64,000 nucleotides of DNA from Acidimicrobiia bacterium. Its GTDB lineage: Bacteria; Actinomycetota; Acidimicrobiia; IMCC26256; JANYLB01. The notes below the pieces were generated by a model. That model made no database searches and was not told where the DNA came from. It saw only the letters and a program-made list of their open reading frames with translations. The position numbers and the translations under genes were made by a program. The DNA lies in the NCBI GenBank assembly GCA_035646535.1, contig DASRPD010000051.1:12189-76188 (forward strand), in the 5' to 3' direction. How positions within the stretch are numbered: the first letter of the stretch is position 1; every line of letters begins with the position of its first letter. Below are positions 18,203-27,011 of the stretch, piece by piece.

Positions 18203-19980
18203 TCGCTCGGACCCTCGTGGATGAGTGGGCGCGCCGGGGCATCGCGGACGCGGTCGTGGCGCCGGGATCACGCTCGGCCCCGCTCGCCCTTGCGCTCGCC
18301 CGCGATCCACGGGTGCGGGTACACGTCCAGCTCGACGAGCGGTCGGCGGCGTTCTTCGCGCTCGGCCTCGGGCGGGCGACCGGACGGCCGGCAATCGTGC
18401 TCTGCACCTCGGGGACCGCCGCGGCCAACTTCCACCCGGCAGTCCTCGAAGCGCACCACGGTCGGGTCCCGCTGCTCGTGTGTACGGCGGATCGGCCCCC
18501 CGAGCTCCAAGACGTGGGCGCGGCACAGACCATCGACCAGACCGCGCTGTTCGGCCCCGCGACCCGGTGGGCCACGACGGTCGACCCGCCGGCCGACGAG
18601 CCGGACGCCGCCACGATGTGGCGCCGGCTCGCGGCCCGTGCCGTGCGGGAAGCGACCGGGTGGCTCGCCGGCCCCGTGCATCTCAACCTGCGCTTCCGCG
18701 AGCCGTTGGTGCCGACCGGCGCACCGTTGATCGAGGTTCCGCCTCTCCGCGAGCCACCAGTCGACGACCCGGCAGTCGACGACCCGCCGATCGACGACCC
18801 GCGGTCCGGCGCACCGCCACGTTCTCGAGGCGGAATCGCACCGGACGCGAACACGGTGAGCCGGATCGCCGACCTGGTCCGGCAACACCCGCGGGGCGCG
18901 CTCGTCGTCGGCTGGGGATCCGACGTACGCGCCGAGACGGTCGAGCGCTACGCCGCGGTGACCGGATGGCCGGTGCTGGCCGACGCGATCTCGTCGGCGC
19001 GGCGCGGTACAGCGGCGATCTCGACGTACGACTTCCTCGCGCGTACGCCCGAGGTACGCGACGCGCTCGACCCCACGATGGTGCTGCGTCTCGGTGCGCC
19101 GCTCACGAGCAAGGCCACAACCGCGTGGATGGAATCACCCGGAGCGGGGCGTCCGTTGGTCGTCGTGGACCGCGACCCGCGTCGGCACGACCCCGAGCGC
19201 GCCGCGACCGAGCTCGTCACCGACCACGCCGACCGATTCGTCGTCGCGCTGACCCATCAACTGCACAGCGCGGGCATGACCCCGGATCGGATCTCGCCCG
19301 ACCGATGGGACCTGGTGGAGCGTTCCGTGCGACGCGCGATCGACGAGCACATCGACCGTGGCGACGAGCCGTTCGAGGGTAGAATTGCACGCGACGTGAT
19401 GAACGTCGTGCCCACCGGTGGCCAACTCGTCGTCGCGTCGAGCATGCCGGTACGCGATCTCGATTCGTTCGCTCGACCCCGCGACGACATTCGGGTGCAT
19501 GCCAATCGCGGGGTCAACGGGATCGACGGGTTCGTGTCGACCACACTCGGCATCGCCGCCGGTGCCGGCGCGCCGACCGTCGCGATGCTCGGGGATCTTT
19601 GCTTCCTCCATGACAGCAACGGCCTGTTGGGCGCGGCCAAGCAGGACGTCGACGCGGTGTTCGTCGTCGTCGACAACAACGGTGGCGGCATCTTCTCGTT
19701 TCTGCCCCAGGCCGAGCTCACCGAGCACTTCGAGGAGCTCTTCGGTACGCCACCCAACATCGACCTCGCCGCGCTCGCCGCCGTGCACCAGATACCCGTC
19801 ACTCGAATCACGCGCGCCGACGAGCTCCCCGCAGCCGTCGAGGCCGCCGTCGTCGCCGGCGGTGTGCGGATGGTTCATGTCCGCACGGATCGCGAAACGA
19901 ACGTGGCCCGACATCGAGAGCTGGAAGCCGTTGCCGCCGCCGCCGCCAAGGCGGCTCTCGGCCGGGTCGGCACCGAATAG
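18178..19980 (+). CDS. menD: 2-Succinyl-5-enolpyruvyl-6-hydroxy-3-cyclohexene-1-carboxylate (SEPHCHC) synthase
   Basis: In frame with ORF 17854..19980; GTG 18178 (VTRDATTSFARTLVDEW...). ThDP-enzyme blocks: APGSRSAPLAL, CTSGTAAANFHPAV, LGDLCFLHDSNGL, VVVDNNGGGIF. Confidence 0.88.
   Translation: MTRDATTSFARTLVDEWARRGIADAVVAPGSRSAPLALALARDPRVRVHVQLDERSAAFFALGLGRATGRPAIVLCTSGTAAANFHPAVLEAHHGRVPLLVCTADRPPELQDVGAAQTIDQTALFGPATRWATTVDPPADEPDAATMWRRLAARAVREATGWLAGPVHLNLRFREPLVPTGAPLIEVPPLREPPVDDPAVDDPPIDDPRSGAPPRSRGGIAPDANTVSRIADLVRQHPRGALVVGWGSDVRAETVERYAAVTGWPVLADAISSARRGTAAISTYDFLARTPEVRDALDPTMVLRLGAPLTSKATTAWMESPGAGRPLVVVDRDPRRHDPERAATELVTDHADRFVVALTHQLHSAGMTPDRISPDRWDLVERSVRRAIDEHIDRGDEPFEGRIARDVMNVVPTGGQLVVASSMPVRDLDSFARPRDDIRVHANRGVNGIDGFVSTTLGIAAGAGAPTVAMLGDLCFLHDSNGLLGAAKQDVDAVFVVVDNNGGGIFSFLPQAELTEHFEELFGTPPNIDLAALAAVHQIPVTRITRADELPAAVEAAVVAGGVRMVHVRTDRETNVARHRELEAVAAAAAKAALGRVGTE
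18760..18801 (+). repeat. In-frame 15-bp x3 tandem repeat inside menD (peptide VDDPA-VDDPP-IDDP)
   Basis: Read directly: GTCGACGACCCGgca GTCGACGACCCGccg ATCGACGACCCG. Confidence 0.9.
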
Positions 19981-20022
19981 CCGGGAATCCCCGGCCCGGA
20001 GTGCGGGGGGGACGACGGGTGG

Positions 20023-21246
20023 TCAGGGACGGACGAGCGCGGCGAGCATCGGGGCGAGCTTGGCCTCGGTCTCGTCCCATTCCAGCGTGGGTTCGGATCC
20101 GGCAACGATGCCCGCACCGGCGCGCAGCACCGCGCGCGCTCCGTTGATCTCGGCGCTCCGCAGAGCGATCGCCCATTCACCGTCGCCGGTGGCATCGACC
20201 CATCCGACCGGCGCGGCGTAGCGACCGCGCCCGGTGGGCTCGAGCTCGGCGATGAGCCGGTCGGCCACCGATGCCGGGCTACCACCGACGGCCGGTGTGG
20301 GGTGCAGCGCACACGCGAGATCGAGCGCGGCGTGCTCGACGCCGGGTGGGAGCGTGCCGGTGATCTCGGTGGCGAGGTGCGCCAGCTCACCGAAGCGCAC
20401 AACCTGTGGCCCGCGCGCGTTCACGGACACGCCGAGGCGGGCGAACACGGCGGTCATCGAGTCGATCACGATCTGGTGCTCCCACCGGTCCTTGTCGGAC
20501 GCGCCGAGCCGGGCTCGACCGGCGGCGTCGGCCGATGGTGACGTTCCCGCCAGCGGACGGGCCCGCAACTCGCGCTCGTGTCGCGACACGAGGAGCTCGG
20601 GACTCGCGCCGACGAACCCGTCGGCAGCGAACACGAAGCAGTCCGGATGCGCGGCTCGGAGGCGACGGGCGATCCGCGCACGATCAAACGGGCGGTCGGC
20701 ATCGACGGCAACGTCACGCGCGAGCACGACCTTGTCGACGTCACCGGCCGCGATGCATGCGAGCACGCTCCCGACCGCCCGGTGCCACGCGCTTCGACTC
20801 ATCCCACGACTCACCCGGAACTCGGTGGGCTCGGGCATCACCGCGGGAACGTCCATCTTGACGCCGGCCGGAACATCGTCCGGCGTCACACCCAGCACGG
20901 TCACGAATGCACGACCGTCAGGTGTGCGCCCGACCACCCGATCCGGAACGACCACGTCTGCACCCGGGCCGCCAACGGGGTCGGCGTAGGCGAGAGCGCC
21001 GACCGCCATCGCACCGGTTCCCGGCGCTCGCACCTCGTCATCAACCGCGATCGCCGCGAGCACGCTGCGGACGCGGTCCGGCCGAACCCGTGTCGCGACA
21101 CCGGAGGCGACGAAGCCGGCGTCGCCGTGCCACCACGCGAACCCGGAGTCGTCCAGGTGATCGAACGGATCGAAGGCTTCGCCGTCGGGTATCAGGCGCG
21201 TGCGCGCCACGAGGGGGCCGGCGGCCCGGGTGAGGGCGTGGGTCAT
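20023..21246 (-). CDS. menF: Isochorismate synthase
   Basis: ORF 20023..21246. Chorismate-binding blocks: KVVLARD, LHPTPAVGG, GRYAAPVGW, IALRSA, GAGIVAGSEP..EW.ET..K. Its start overlaps the menG stop (ATGA). Confidence 0.85.
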   Translation of the reverse strand: MTHALTRAAGPLVARTRLIPDGEAFDPFDHLDDSGFAWWHGDAGFVASGVATRVRPDRVRSVLAAIAVDDEVRAPGTGAMAVGALAYADPVGGPGADVVVPDRVVGRTPDGRAFVTVLGVTPDDVPAGVKMDVPAVMPEPTEFRVSRGMSRSAWHRAVGSVLACIAAGDVDKVVLARDVAVDADRPFDRARIARRLRAAHPDCFVFAADGFVGASPELLVSRHERELRARPLAGTSPSADAAGRARLGASDKDRWEHQIVIDSMTAVFARLGVSVNARGPQVVRFGELAHLATEITGTLPPGVEHAALDLACALHPTPAVGGSPASVADRLIAELEPTGRGRYAAPVGWVDATGDGEWAIALRSAEINGARAVLRAGAGIVAGSEPTLEWDETEAKLAPMLAALVRP

Positions 21247-21941
21247 CGACGGGTTCCGGTGAGAAGTTGCACCGCGCCGCCCATCATCGTGATGCGTTCC
21301 ACGTCGACGAATCCCGCGGTGCTGAAGAGCTCACGCAACACGCGTGGCTCGGGGAGGTACGCGGTGGAGTCGGGAAGGTACCGGTAGGCGTCAGCGTCGC
21401 CGGACAGCCGGGCCCCGACCCAGGGGACGACGCGGCGAAACCACAGGTCGTGTCCCACACGCACGAGCCGGTGCTCGGGCTGGGCGGCGTCGAGCGCCGC
21501 GAGCCGGCCCCCTGGGCGCAACACCCGGCTGCATTCGCGCAAGAAGCTCGCGAGGTCGGTGAAGTTTCGGAGCGCGAAGCCGCACGCGACGCCGTCGACC
21601 GCCTCGGGGGGCGTCGGAAGAGTCAGCGCGTCGGCGCGAACGAGCGGGGCGTGGGTGTGTGCCGCCCGCAGCATCCCGGCAGAGAAGTCGCAGCCGATCG
21701 GCCGGTATCCCGCCCGCGCCAGGTCGTCGCACAGATCACCGGTACCGCACGCGACGTCGAGGACGAGCGCCCGGGCCCGAAGACCCAGCGACCCGACGGT
21801 TCGGCGGCGCCACGCGCGATCGAAGCCGAGTGAGATGACGCGGTTGACACGGTCGTAGCCGGGCGCGATGTCGTCGAACATCGTCTCGACCATTGCTCGC
21901 TTGGCGGCGCCGGTCGGCAATGGTCGGCTAGCCCGGGCCAT
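21243..21941 (-). CDS. menG: Demethylmenaquinone methyltransferase (UbiE/MenG class)
   Basis: ORF 21243..21941. Blocks: MFDDIAPGYDRVNRVISLG.DR.WRR, SAM motif VLDVACGTGD, GFALRN, RVLRPGG. Confidence 0.85.
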   Translation of the reverse strand: MARASRPLPTGAAKRAMVETMFDDIAPGYDRVNRVISLGFDRAWRRRTVGSLGLRARALVLDVACGTGDLCDDLARAGYRPIGCDFSAGMLRAAHTHAPLVRADALTLPTPPEAVDGVACGFALRNFTDLASFLRECSRVLRPGGRLAALDAAQPEHRLVRVGHDLWFRRVVPWVGARLSGDADAYRYLPDSTAYLPEPRVLRELFSTAGFVDVERITMMGGAVQLLTGTRR

Positions 21942-22792
21942 CAGGCACCGCTTTCGAATACGCGCGCGCCCTCCGCGTCGACCGCAGCGCGCTCCTCGGA
22001 ATCACCGACGGCTTCGATGTGATCCTGGGCAACGTCGAGCAAGACCCGCTCGAAGTGGTGGGCGACGAGCTGGGTGACCGACGGCAGGAGAACCCGGAAG
22101 GCCTCCACCAGCCGGCGCGCTCGCTCGTCGGGCGCGAGCTCGGCGGCCAGGAGCGGCCGGCGGATGTGATCGTCGAACATCGCGACCGACAGCTCGGCGA
22201 CCTCGCGCGTTGCGTTGTCGTGACGGCGCGCCAGCTCGAACAGCTCGCGCAACGGGAGCCCGGCGCCGACCAGGCGCAACGCGGCCCCGACGACGGCGAC
22301 GTCGGCCGCGGTGTAGCGCGCCTCGCCGCCGTGACGGCGGGGCACGAGGAGCCCTTCGGACGCGGCGGCTTCGACGAGGGCGAACGGAACTCCGGCGCGC
22401 GCCGCGACCTCGGCAAGCGTGATGAGCTCCTCCCGTTGCCGGTCCGAACCGCCGCTACCGTCGGCGTCGGCGATGGCGGCTACGAGGGGGATGTCGGCCG
22501 GGTCGAGCTCACCGTCGAGGAACCGGCGGATCGTCGCGAGGGTGAAGCCCTGGGACTGGAGATCGCGGATCTGGCCGAGTCGGTCAACGTGGTCTTGGCC
22601 GTACCAGCCGACGCGCCCGACGCGATCGGGCGGTGCGAGCAGCCCGCGCTTTTGGTAGAAGCGGATCGTGTCCACCGAGAGCCCGACCCGATCGGCCAGC
22701 TCGCCGGCCCGCCACCGGGCGTCGCCCACGGACTCATCACGAGCTGGCGGATCATCCTGGGCGATCCGGTCGTGCGCCGGGGCGGAAGCCAC
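21941..22792 (-). CDS. MerR-family transcriptional regulator with two MerR-type HTH units
   Basis: ORF 21941..22792. First HTH: WRAGELADRVGLSVDTIRFYQKRGLL...YGQDHVDRL.QIRDLQSQGFTL. Second MerR-like unit: ITLAEVAARAGVPFALVEAAASEGLLVP...YTAADV. Its stop overlaps the menG start by 1 nt (TGATG). Confidence 0.8.
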   Translation of the reverse strand: MASAPAHDRIAQDDPPARDESVGDARWRAGELADRVGLSVDTIRFYQKRGLLAPPDRVGRVGWYGQDHVDRLGQIRDLQSQGFTLATIRRFLDGELDPADIPLVAAIADADGSGGSDRQREELITLAEVAARAGVPFALVEAAASEGLLVPRRHGGEARYTAADVAVVGAALRLVGAGLPLRELFELARRHDNATREVAELSVAMFDDHIRRPLLAAELAPDERARRLVEAFRVLLPSVTQLVAHHFERVLLDVAQDHIEAVGDSEERAAVDAEGARVFESGA

Positions 22793-22895
22793 GCCTCAGA
22801 TCATAGGAGCGATCACTCCCACGGTTCGGATGGAGCCGTCGGGCCGAGGTCAGCACCGCCGAGATCGTGCGGGCAACCGGCTGCGGTGACGAAGC

Positions 22896-22935
22896 TGGAC
22901 AACCTGCCCGGGAATTTATAACGTGTTCTAAATTC
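22896..22935 (+). promoter_or_regulatory. Candidate promoter (-35 TGGACA, 17-nt spacer, -10 TAACGT) overlapped by an AT-rich palindrome containing a KstR-type box
   Basis: Read directly. GAATTTA-N10-TAAATTC lies at 22912-22935. Within it, TATAACGTGTTCTA (22917-22930) fits TnnAACnnGTTnnA. This is the lowest-GC patch I noticed in the window, 19-58 nt upstream of ATG 22954. Confidence 0.5.
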
Positions 22936-22953
22936 GTGGATCAGGGAGCATTG

Positions 22954-24090
22954 ATGGAATTCGGAATCTTCTGCGGCGGCTACGTCCCGACGTCGATGAT
23001 CGAGGCCGACCCGCAGGCCGAACACACACGGCTGATGAGCGAGGCCCGGCTGTGCGAGGTCGCGGACCAGCACCACTGGAAATACGCCTGGCTCACCGAG
23101 CACCACTTCCTCCGGGAGTACTCCCACATCTCGGCCAACGAGGTGCTGGCCCCGTGGGTCCTGGCGCGGACCGAGAAGCTGCACGTCGGTTCGGGGATCA
23201 TCAACATCACTCCCCCGGTGAACCACCCGGTGCGCGTCGCCGAGCGCGTCGCGATGATGGACCACCTCTCCGGTGGTCGCTTCGAGTTCGGGACCGGGCG
23301 TGGATCGTCGAGCACGGAGATGGGTGGCTTCGGGATCACCGACGCCGAGCTGACCAAGGAGATGTTCGACGAGGTCATCCCCGAGTTCAAGCGCATGTGG
23401 CACGAGGGCGAGTACGAGTTCGACGGGCGGTTCTTCTCCCTGCCGGCCCGCAACGTGCTCCCGAAGCCGTACGTGAAGCCCCACCCGCCGCTGTGGGTCG
23501 CAGCCGGCAATCCCGGCACGTTCGAGAAGGCCGCCCGCATGGGCCTCGGCGTGCTGTGCTTCACCGGCGGCTCCCCGGAGAAGATGGCGCCACTGGTCGA
23601 GCTCTACAAGAAGACGATCGCCGATGCCGAACCCGTCGGCGAGTACGTCAACGACAACGTCGCCGTCACCACGAGCTTCATGTGCCTCGAGGATCGCGCC
23701 GAGGCGCGCGAGCTCATGACTCGGTCAGGCAACGGCCGCCAACAGAGCCTGGTCTTCAAGTACCTCGATACGTTCCCGAGGCCGAGCTGGGTTCCCGAGT
23801 GGCCCGAGGAGATCGCGGATCCGACCCTCGACCAGATCGAGGCGGGCTACGACATGGGCGCCACGATCGTCGGCACTCCCGATGACTGCGCGGCCGCCCT
23901 GGGCAAATGGGATGACATCGGCGTCGACCAGATGATCATGGGCCCGTCCGGGAGCGTGTACCCGCACGATCTGGTTGCCAAGACCCTCGCGCTGTTCGGT
24001 GACGAGGTCATCCCCCGCTTCGACAAGGACCCCGAGCACTCGACGAGCCGTTACCGCCGTGAGGCCGCGGCGCGACTCGGCGTTGCCTGA
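22954..24090 (+). CDS. LLM-class flavin-dependent oxidoreductase (luciferase-like monooxygenase)
   Basis: In frame with ORF 22867..24090. ATG 22954 is preceded by GGGAGC. Blocks: MEFGIFCGGYV..., AWLTEHHF, GSGIINI, HPVRVAERVAMMDHLSGGRFEFGTGRG. Confidence 0.85.
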   Translation: MEFGIFCGGYVPTSMIEADPQAEHTRLMSEARLCEVADQHHWKYAWLTEHHFLREYSHISANEVLAPWVLARTEKLHVGSGIINITPPVNHPVRVAERVAMMDHLSGGRFEFGTGRGSSSTEMGGFGITDAELTKEMFDEVIPEFKRMWHEGEYEFDGRFFSLPARNVLPKPYVKPHPPLWVAAGNPGTFEKAARMGLGVLCFTGGSPEKMAPLVELYKKTIADAEPVGEYVNDNVAVTTSFMCLEDRAEARELMTRSGNGRQQSLVFKYLDTFPRPSWVPEWPEEIADPTLDQIEAGYDMGATIVGTPDDCAAALGKWDDIGVDQMIMGPSGSVYPHDLVAKTLALFGDEVIPRFDKDPEHSTSRYRREAAARLGVA

Positions 24091-24186
24091 GCCGCTCGGA
24101 ACGGCTGCCTCCGAGGGCCCGCTCGGAAGGCTCACCTCCGAAGCGCCTCGCGGAACGACAGCTCGGGAAGTCGATAGGTTCGCCGG

Positions 24187-25005
24187 GTGACCGCCATCGA
24201 AGAGGATTCGTATCCGCCCGCCGCCCACGTGCTGCGCGACCTTCGGGTCGAGTTCGAACAACGCGGCGACGGCACCGCTTCGGCCTGGCTGCCCGCGGTT
24301 GGCTGGGTACGCAACCCTTCCGGCTCGGTCCACGCGGGAGTGCTCGCGACGCTGGTCGACCTGCTCGGAGGCGGCTTGGCTGCCGTCACGGTGCAGCCCG
24401 ACTGGATCGCGACCGCCGACCTGACGCTGCACGTGCTGCCGCGCGCCGCGGGCGATGAGGTGCGTGCGAGCGCGACGGTGATCCATGCGGGCCGCAGGAC
24501 GGCCGTGATGGAAGTCGAGCTCGGCGACGACCGCGGGCCGCTCGGACTCGCGACGATGAGCTTTGCTCGCCTTCCCCGCCGCGATGCCAACCCCGTCGTC
24601 GCGCCCAGCCGTGGCGGCGGTCGCGCGACGCTGATGCTCGCGTCATCGGGACTCTCCGAGCCGATCGTCGATCGGCTCGGCTTCGCCGTCCGCGACCCGG
24701 CTCGCGGCGTGACCGAGCTCGCGGTAACGCCGTATGTCAGCAACTCGCTGGGCGCGGTCCAAGGCGGGGTGCTCGCGACCGCGGCGGCGGTTGCGGCCGA
24801 CGCCGCGCTCTCGGTGGCGTGCGACGCGGTGGTGGAGACGTGTGATCTCCAGGTGACCTACCTGGCCCTCGCCAAGGTCGGACCGGTGTGTACCCGGGCC
24901 ACAATGCTCGAGGCGACGTCCGTCGGTGGCACCTGCGCGGTCGAGGTGCTCGACGGGGACCGCGTCACGACCACGGTCCGGGCCGCGGCGACGGTGCCGG
25001 CGTGA
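24187..25005 (+). CDS. Double hot-dog (two PaaI-like domains) thioesterase-family protein
   Basis: ORF 24187..25005 (GTG start). Two PaaI-type cores: NPSGSVHAGVLATLVDLLGG and SNSLGAVQGGVLATAAAVAA. Each is followed by an ...GRRTAV.EVE / ...GGTCAVEV strand. Confidence 0.7.
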   Translation: MTAIEEDSYPPAAHVLRDLRVEFEQRGDGTASAWLPAVGWVRNPSGSVHAGVLATLVDLLGGGLAAVTVQPDWIATADLTLHVLPRAAGDEVRASATVIHAGRRTAVMEVELGDDRGPLGLATMSFARLPRRDANPVVAPSRGGGRATLMLASSGLSEPIVDRLGFAVRDPARGVTELAVTPYVSNSLGAVQGGVLATAAAVAADAALSVACDAVVETCDLQVTYLALAKVGPVCTRATMLEATSVGGTCAVEVLDGDRVTTTVRAAATVPA

Positions 25006-25017
25006 CGAGGTTCGACG

Positions 25018-25827
25018 ATGTTCGACGATCCTGAAGCCGGCCGCGCCATCAACCGCTACCACGGGTTGACGTTGCGCGAGATCGCGACAGATGCCGGCGT
25101 CGAGGGCCGGGCGCCGGCCGATGCGCACGTCCTGGACGACGCCGGTCGAGCGCGGTCAGGGATCCTGGCCGGCATGATGGACAGCGCCGGAGGTCTGTGC
25201 GGTGGACTCGCGGCGCTGCCGCGCTGGGTCGTCTCGACCAACCTCGTGGCCCGCATCGTGCCGAGCCCCCTCGCCGGTCCCATCAGGCTCCACGCACACG
25301 TCGTGCGGGCCGGTCGGAACGCGGTTGTGACCGCGATCCACGGGTTCGATGACGGCACCGGCACGCAGGTCTGCGAGGCCGTGCTCACCGCCGCCGCCCT
25401 CGAGCCCGCCGGCGGTCCGCCCTCGCATCCCAGGCCGCTCCACGTGCCCGTGACCCTTCGCGAGGACAGCCCCCCGAAGCCGGAGGTCTTCTACGGGATC
25501 CGGCCGCGGCGAACGGGCGACACGGGCGGCGTCGAGCTCGACCTCGTCCCAACCGTCCGCAACCCCTGGGGCATCCTGCACGGCGGCGTGACCACCAGCC
25601 TGGTCGAGGCGGCGGTCGACGCCGCGATGGGCCGGCCCGCGCCGATCACGTCGGAGGTGCTCCGCTTCCTCGCGCCGGGACGGGTCGGTCCGGTGGGTGC
25701 ACGCGCCGACGCGGTCGGCGTACGGCCCGACGGCGTCCTGCTGCGCGTCGAGGTGCGCGACCACGGCGCGGACGATCGCCTCCTCGCATTGGCCGTCGTG
25801 ACCGCGCGTCCCGATCCGAACGGGTAG
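25018..25827 (+). CDS. Double hot-dog (two PaaI-like domains) thioesterase-family protein, paralogue of the preceding gene
   Basis: ORF 25018..25827. Two cores: GRARSGILAGMMDSAGGLCG and RNPWGILHGGVTTSLVEAAVD. Same architecture and size as 24187..25005. Confidence 0.7.
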   Translation: MFDDPEAGRAINRYHGLTLREIATDAGVEGRAPADAHVLDDAGRARSGILAGMMDSAGGLCGGLAALPRWVVSTNLVARIVPSPLAGPIRLHAHVVRAGRNAVVTAIHGFDDGTGTQVCEAVLTAAALEPAGGPPSHPRPLHVPVTLREDSPPKPEVFYGIRPRRTGDTGGVELDLVPTVRNPWGILHGGVTTSLVEAAVDAAMGRPAPITSEVLRFLAPGRVGPVGARADAVGVRPDGVLLRVEVRDHGADDRLLALAVVTARPDPNG

Positions 25828-25838
25828 GTTCGGCGTCC

Positions 25839-26900
25839 ATGACCTACCGAGTGATCCAGTGGAGCACTGGCAACGTGGGGCGGCTCGCCCTGCACGCCAT
25901 CATCGAGCACCCCGACCTCGAGCTGGCCGGCGTGTGGGTGCACGACCCCGACAAGGCAGGTCGCGATGCGGGCGAGCTCGCGGGTCTGCCACCGGTCGGC
26001 GTCACCGCGACCAATGACGCCGACGCGCTGCTCGCCCTCGACGCCGACGTCGTGTCGCACAACGCGACCGGAGACCTCCGCCCCCACGAAGCGGTCGCGG
26101 AGATGTGCGCGTGCTTGGAATCGGGCAAGAACGTCGTGTCGACATCGGTGGTCTCGCTGCTCTACCCGCCGAGCGGCGACCGCAAGATGGTCGAACGGCT
26201 CGAGCAGGCGTGCGCAACCGGTGGCGCCTCGTGCTTCACCTCGGGCATCGACCCGGGCTTCGCCAACGACCTGCTACCGCTCACGCTCGCGGGCTTCTGC
26301 GAACGCGTCGATGCAATCCACGTCCAGGAGATCCTCAACTACGCCACGTACGACCAGCCGGAGGTGCTGTTCGAGACGATGGGCTTCGGCAAACCGCTCG
26401 ATCAACCGGCACTGATGCTGCTGCCGGGCTCGATCACGCTCGCCTGGGGTGGCGTCGTCGCGATGATGGCGGACGCACTCGGTGTGCAGCTCGACGGCAT
26501 CGAGGAGGTCCGTGAGCGGCGCGGCGCGGAGGAGACCTTCACCTTCGGGCTGGGCACCATCGAAGCCGGCACGATGGAAGCACTGCGGTTCGAAGTGCAG
26601 GGAATCGTCAACGGCCGACCGGCGATCGTCGTCGAACACGTGACGCGCCTGCGAGACGACGCCGCGCCCGATTGGCCTCAGCCGACGGGCACCGGCTCCT
26701 ACCGCATCCGCATCGACGGGCGCCCATCACTGGAGTGCGAGCTCCGCATCGAAGGACCCGACGGCGATCACAACACCGGCGGGTTGATCTGCACCGCCAT
26801 GCGATTGCTCAACGCGATCCCGGCGGTGTGCGAGGCACCGCCCGGCTTGCTGTCCGCGGTCGACCTGCCTTTGGTGACGGCCCGACACACGACACGCTAG
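25839..26900 (+). CDS. NAD(P)-binding oxidoreductase of the dihydrodipicolinate-reductase-N-like family
   Basis: ORF 25839..26900. N-terminus MTYRVIQWSTGNVGRLALHAIIEHPDLELAGVWVHD, then GIDPGFANDLLPL. It resembles DapB-N domain proteins of unknown substrate. Confidence 0.65.
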   Translation: MTYRVIQWSTGNVGRLALHAIIEHPDLELAGVWVHDPDKAGRDAGELAGLPPVGVTATNDADALLALDADVVSHNATGDLRPHEAVAEMCACLESGKNVVSTSVVSLLYPPSGDRKMVERLEQACATGGASCFTSGIDPGFANDLLPLTLAGFCERVDAIHVQEILNYATYDQPEVLFETMGFGKPLDQPALMLLPGSITLAWGGVVAMMADALGVQLDGIEEVRERRGAEETFTFGLGTIEAGTMEALRFEVQGIVNGRPAIVVEHVTRLRDDAAPDWPQPTGTGSYRIRIDGRPSLECELRIEGPDGDHNTGGLICTAMRLLNAIPAVCEAPPGLLSAVDLPLVTARHTTR

Positions 26901-26903
26901 AGA

Positions 26904-27011
26904 TCAGCGAGCACGGCCCGGGCTGCGGGCGCCGGCCTTCTTGCGGCTCATCACCAAGAAGGCAATGAGGAGGGCGATGGCGATGAGTCCGCCGATCTGC
27001 ACGATGAGCAT
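26904..27011 (-). CDS. Small (35 aa) single-TM protein
   Basis: Too short for the ORF track. Manual translation: MLIVQIGGLIAIALLIAFLVMSRKKAGARSPGRAR*. Strong SD GAGGTG lies 6 nt upstream of the ATG. G/C at about 31 of 35 third positions. Confidence 0.5.
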   Translation of the reverse strand: MLIVQIGGLIAIALLIAFLVMSRKKAGARSPGRAR

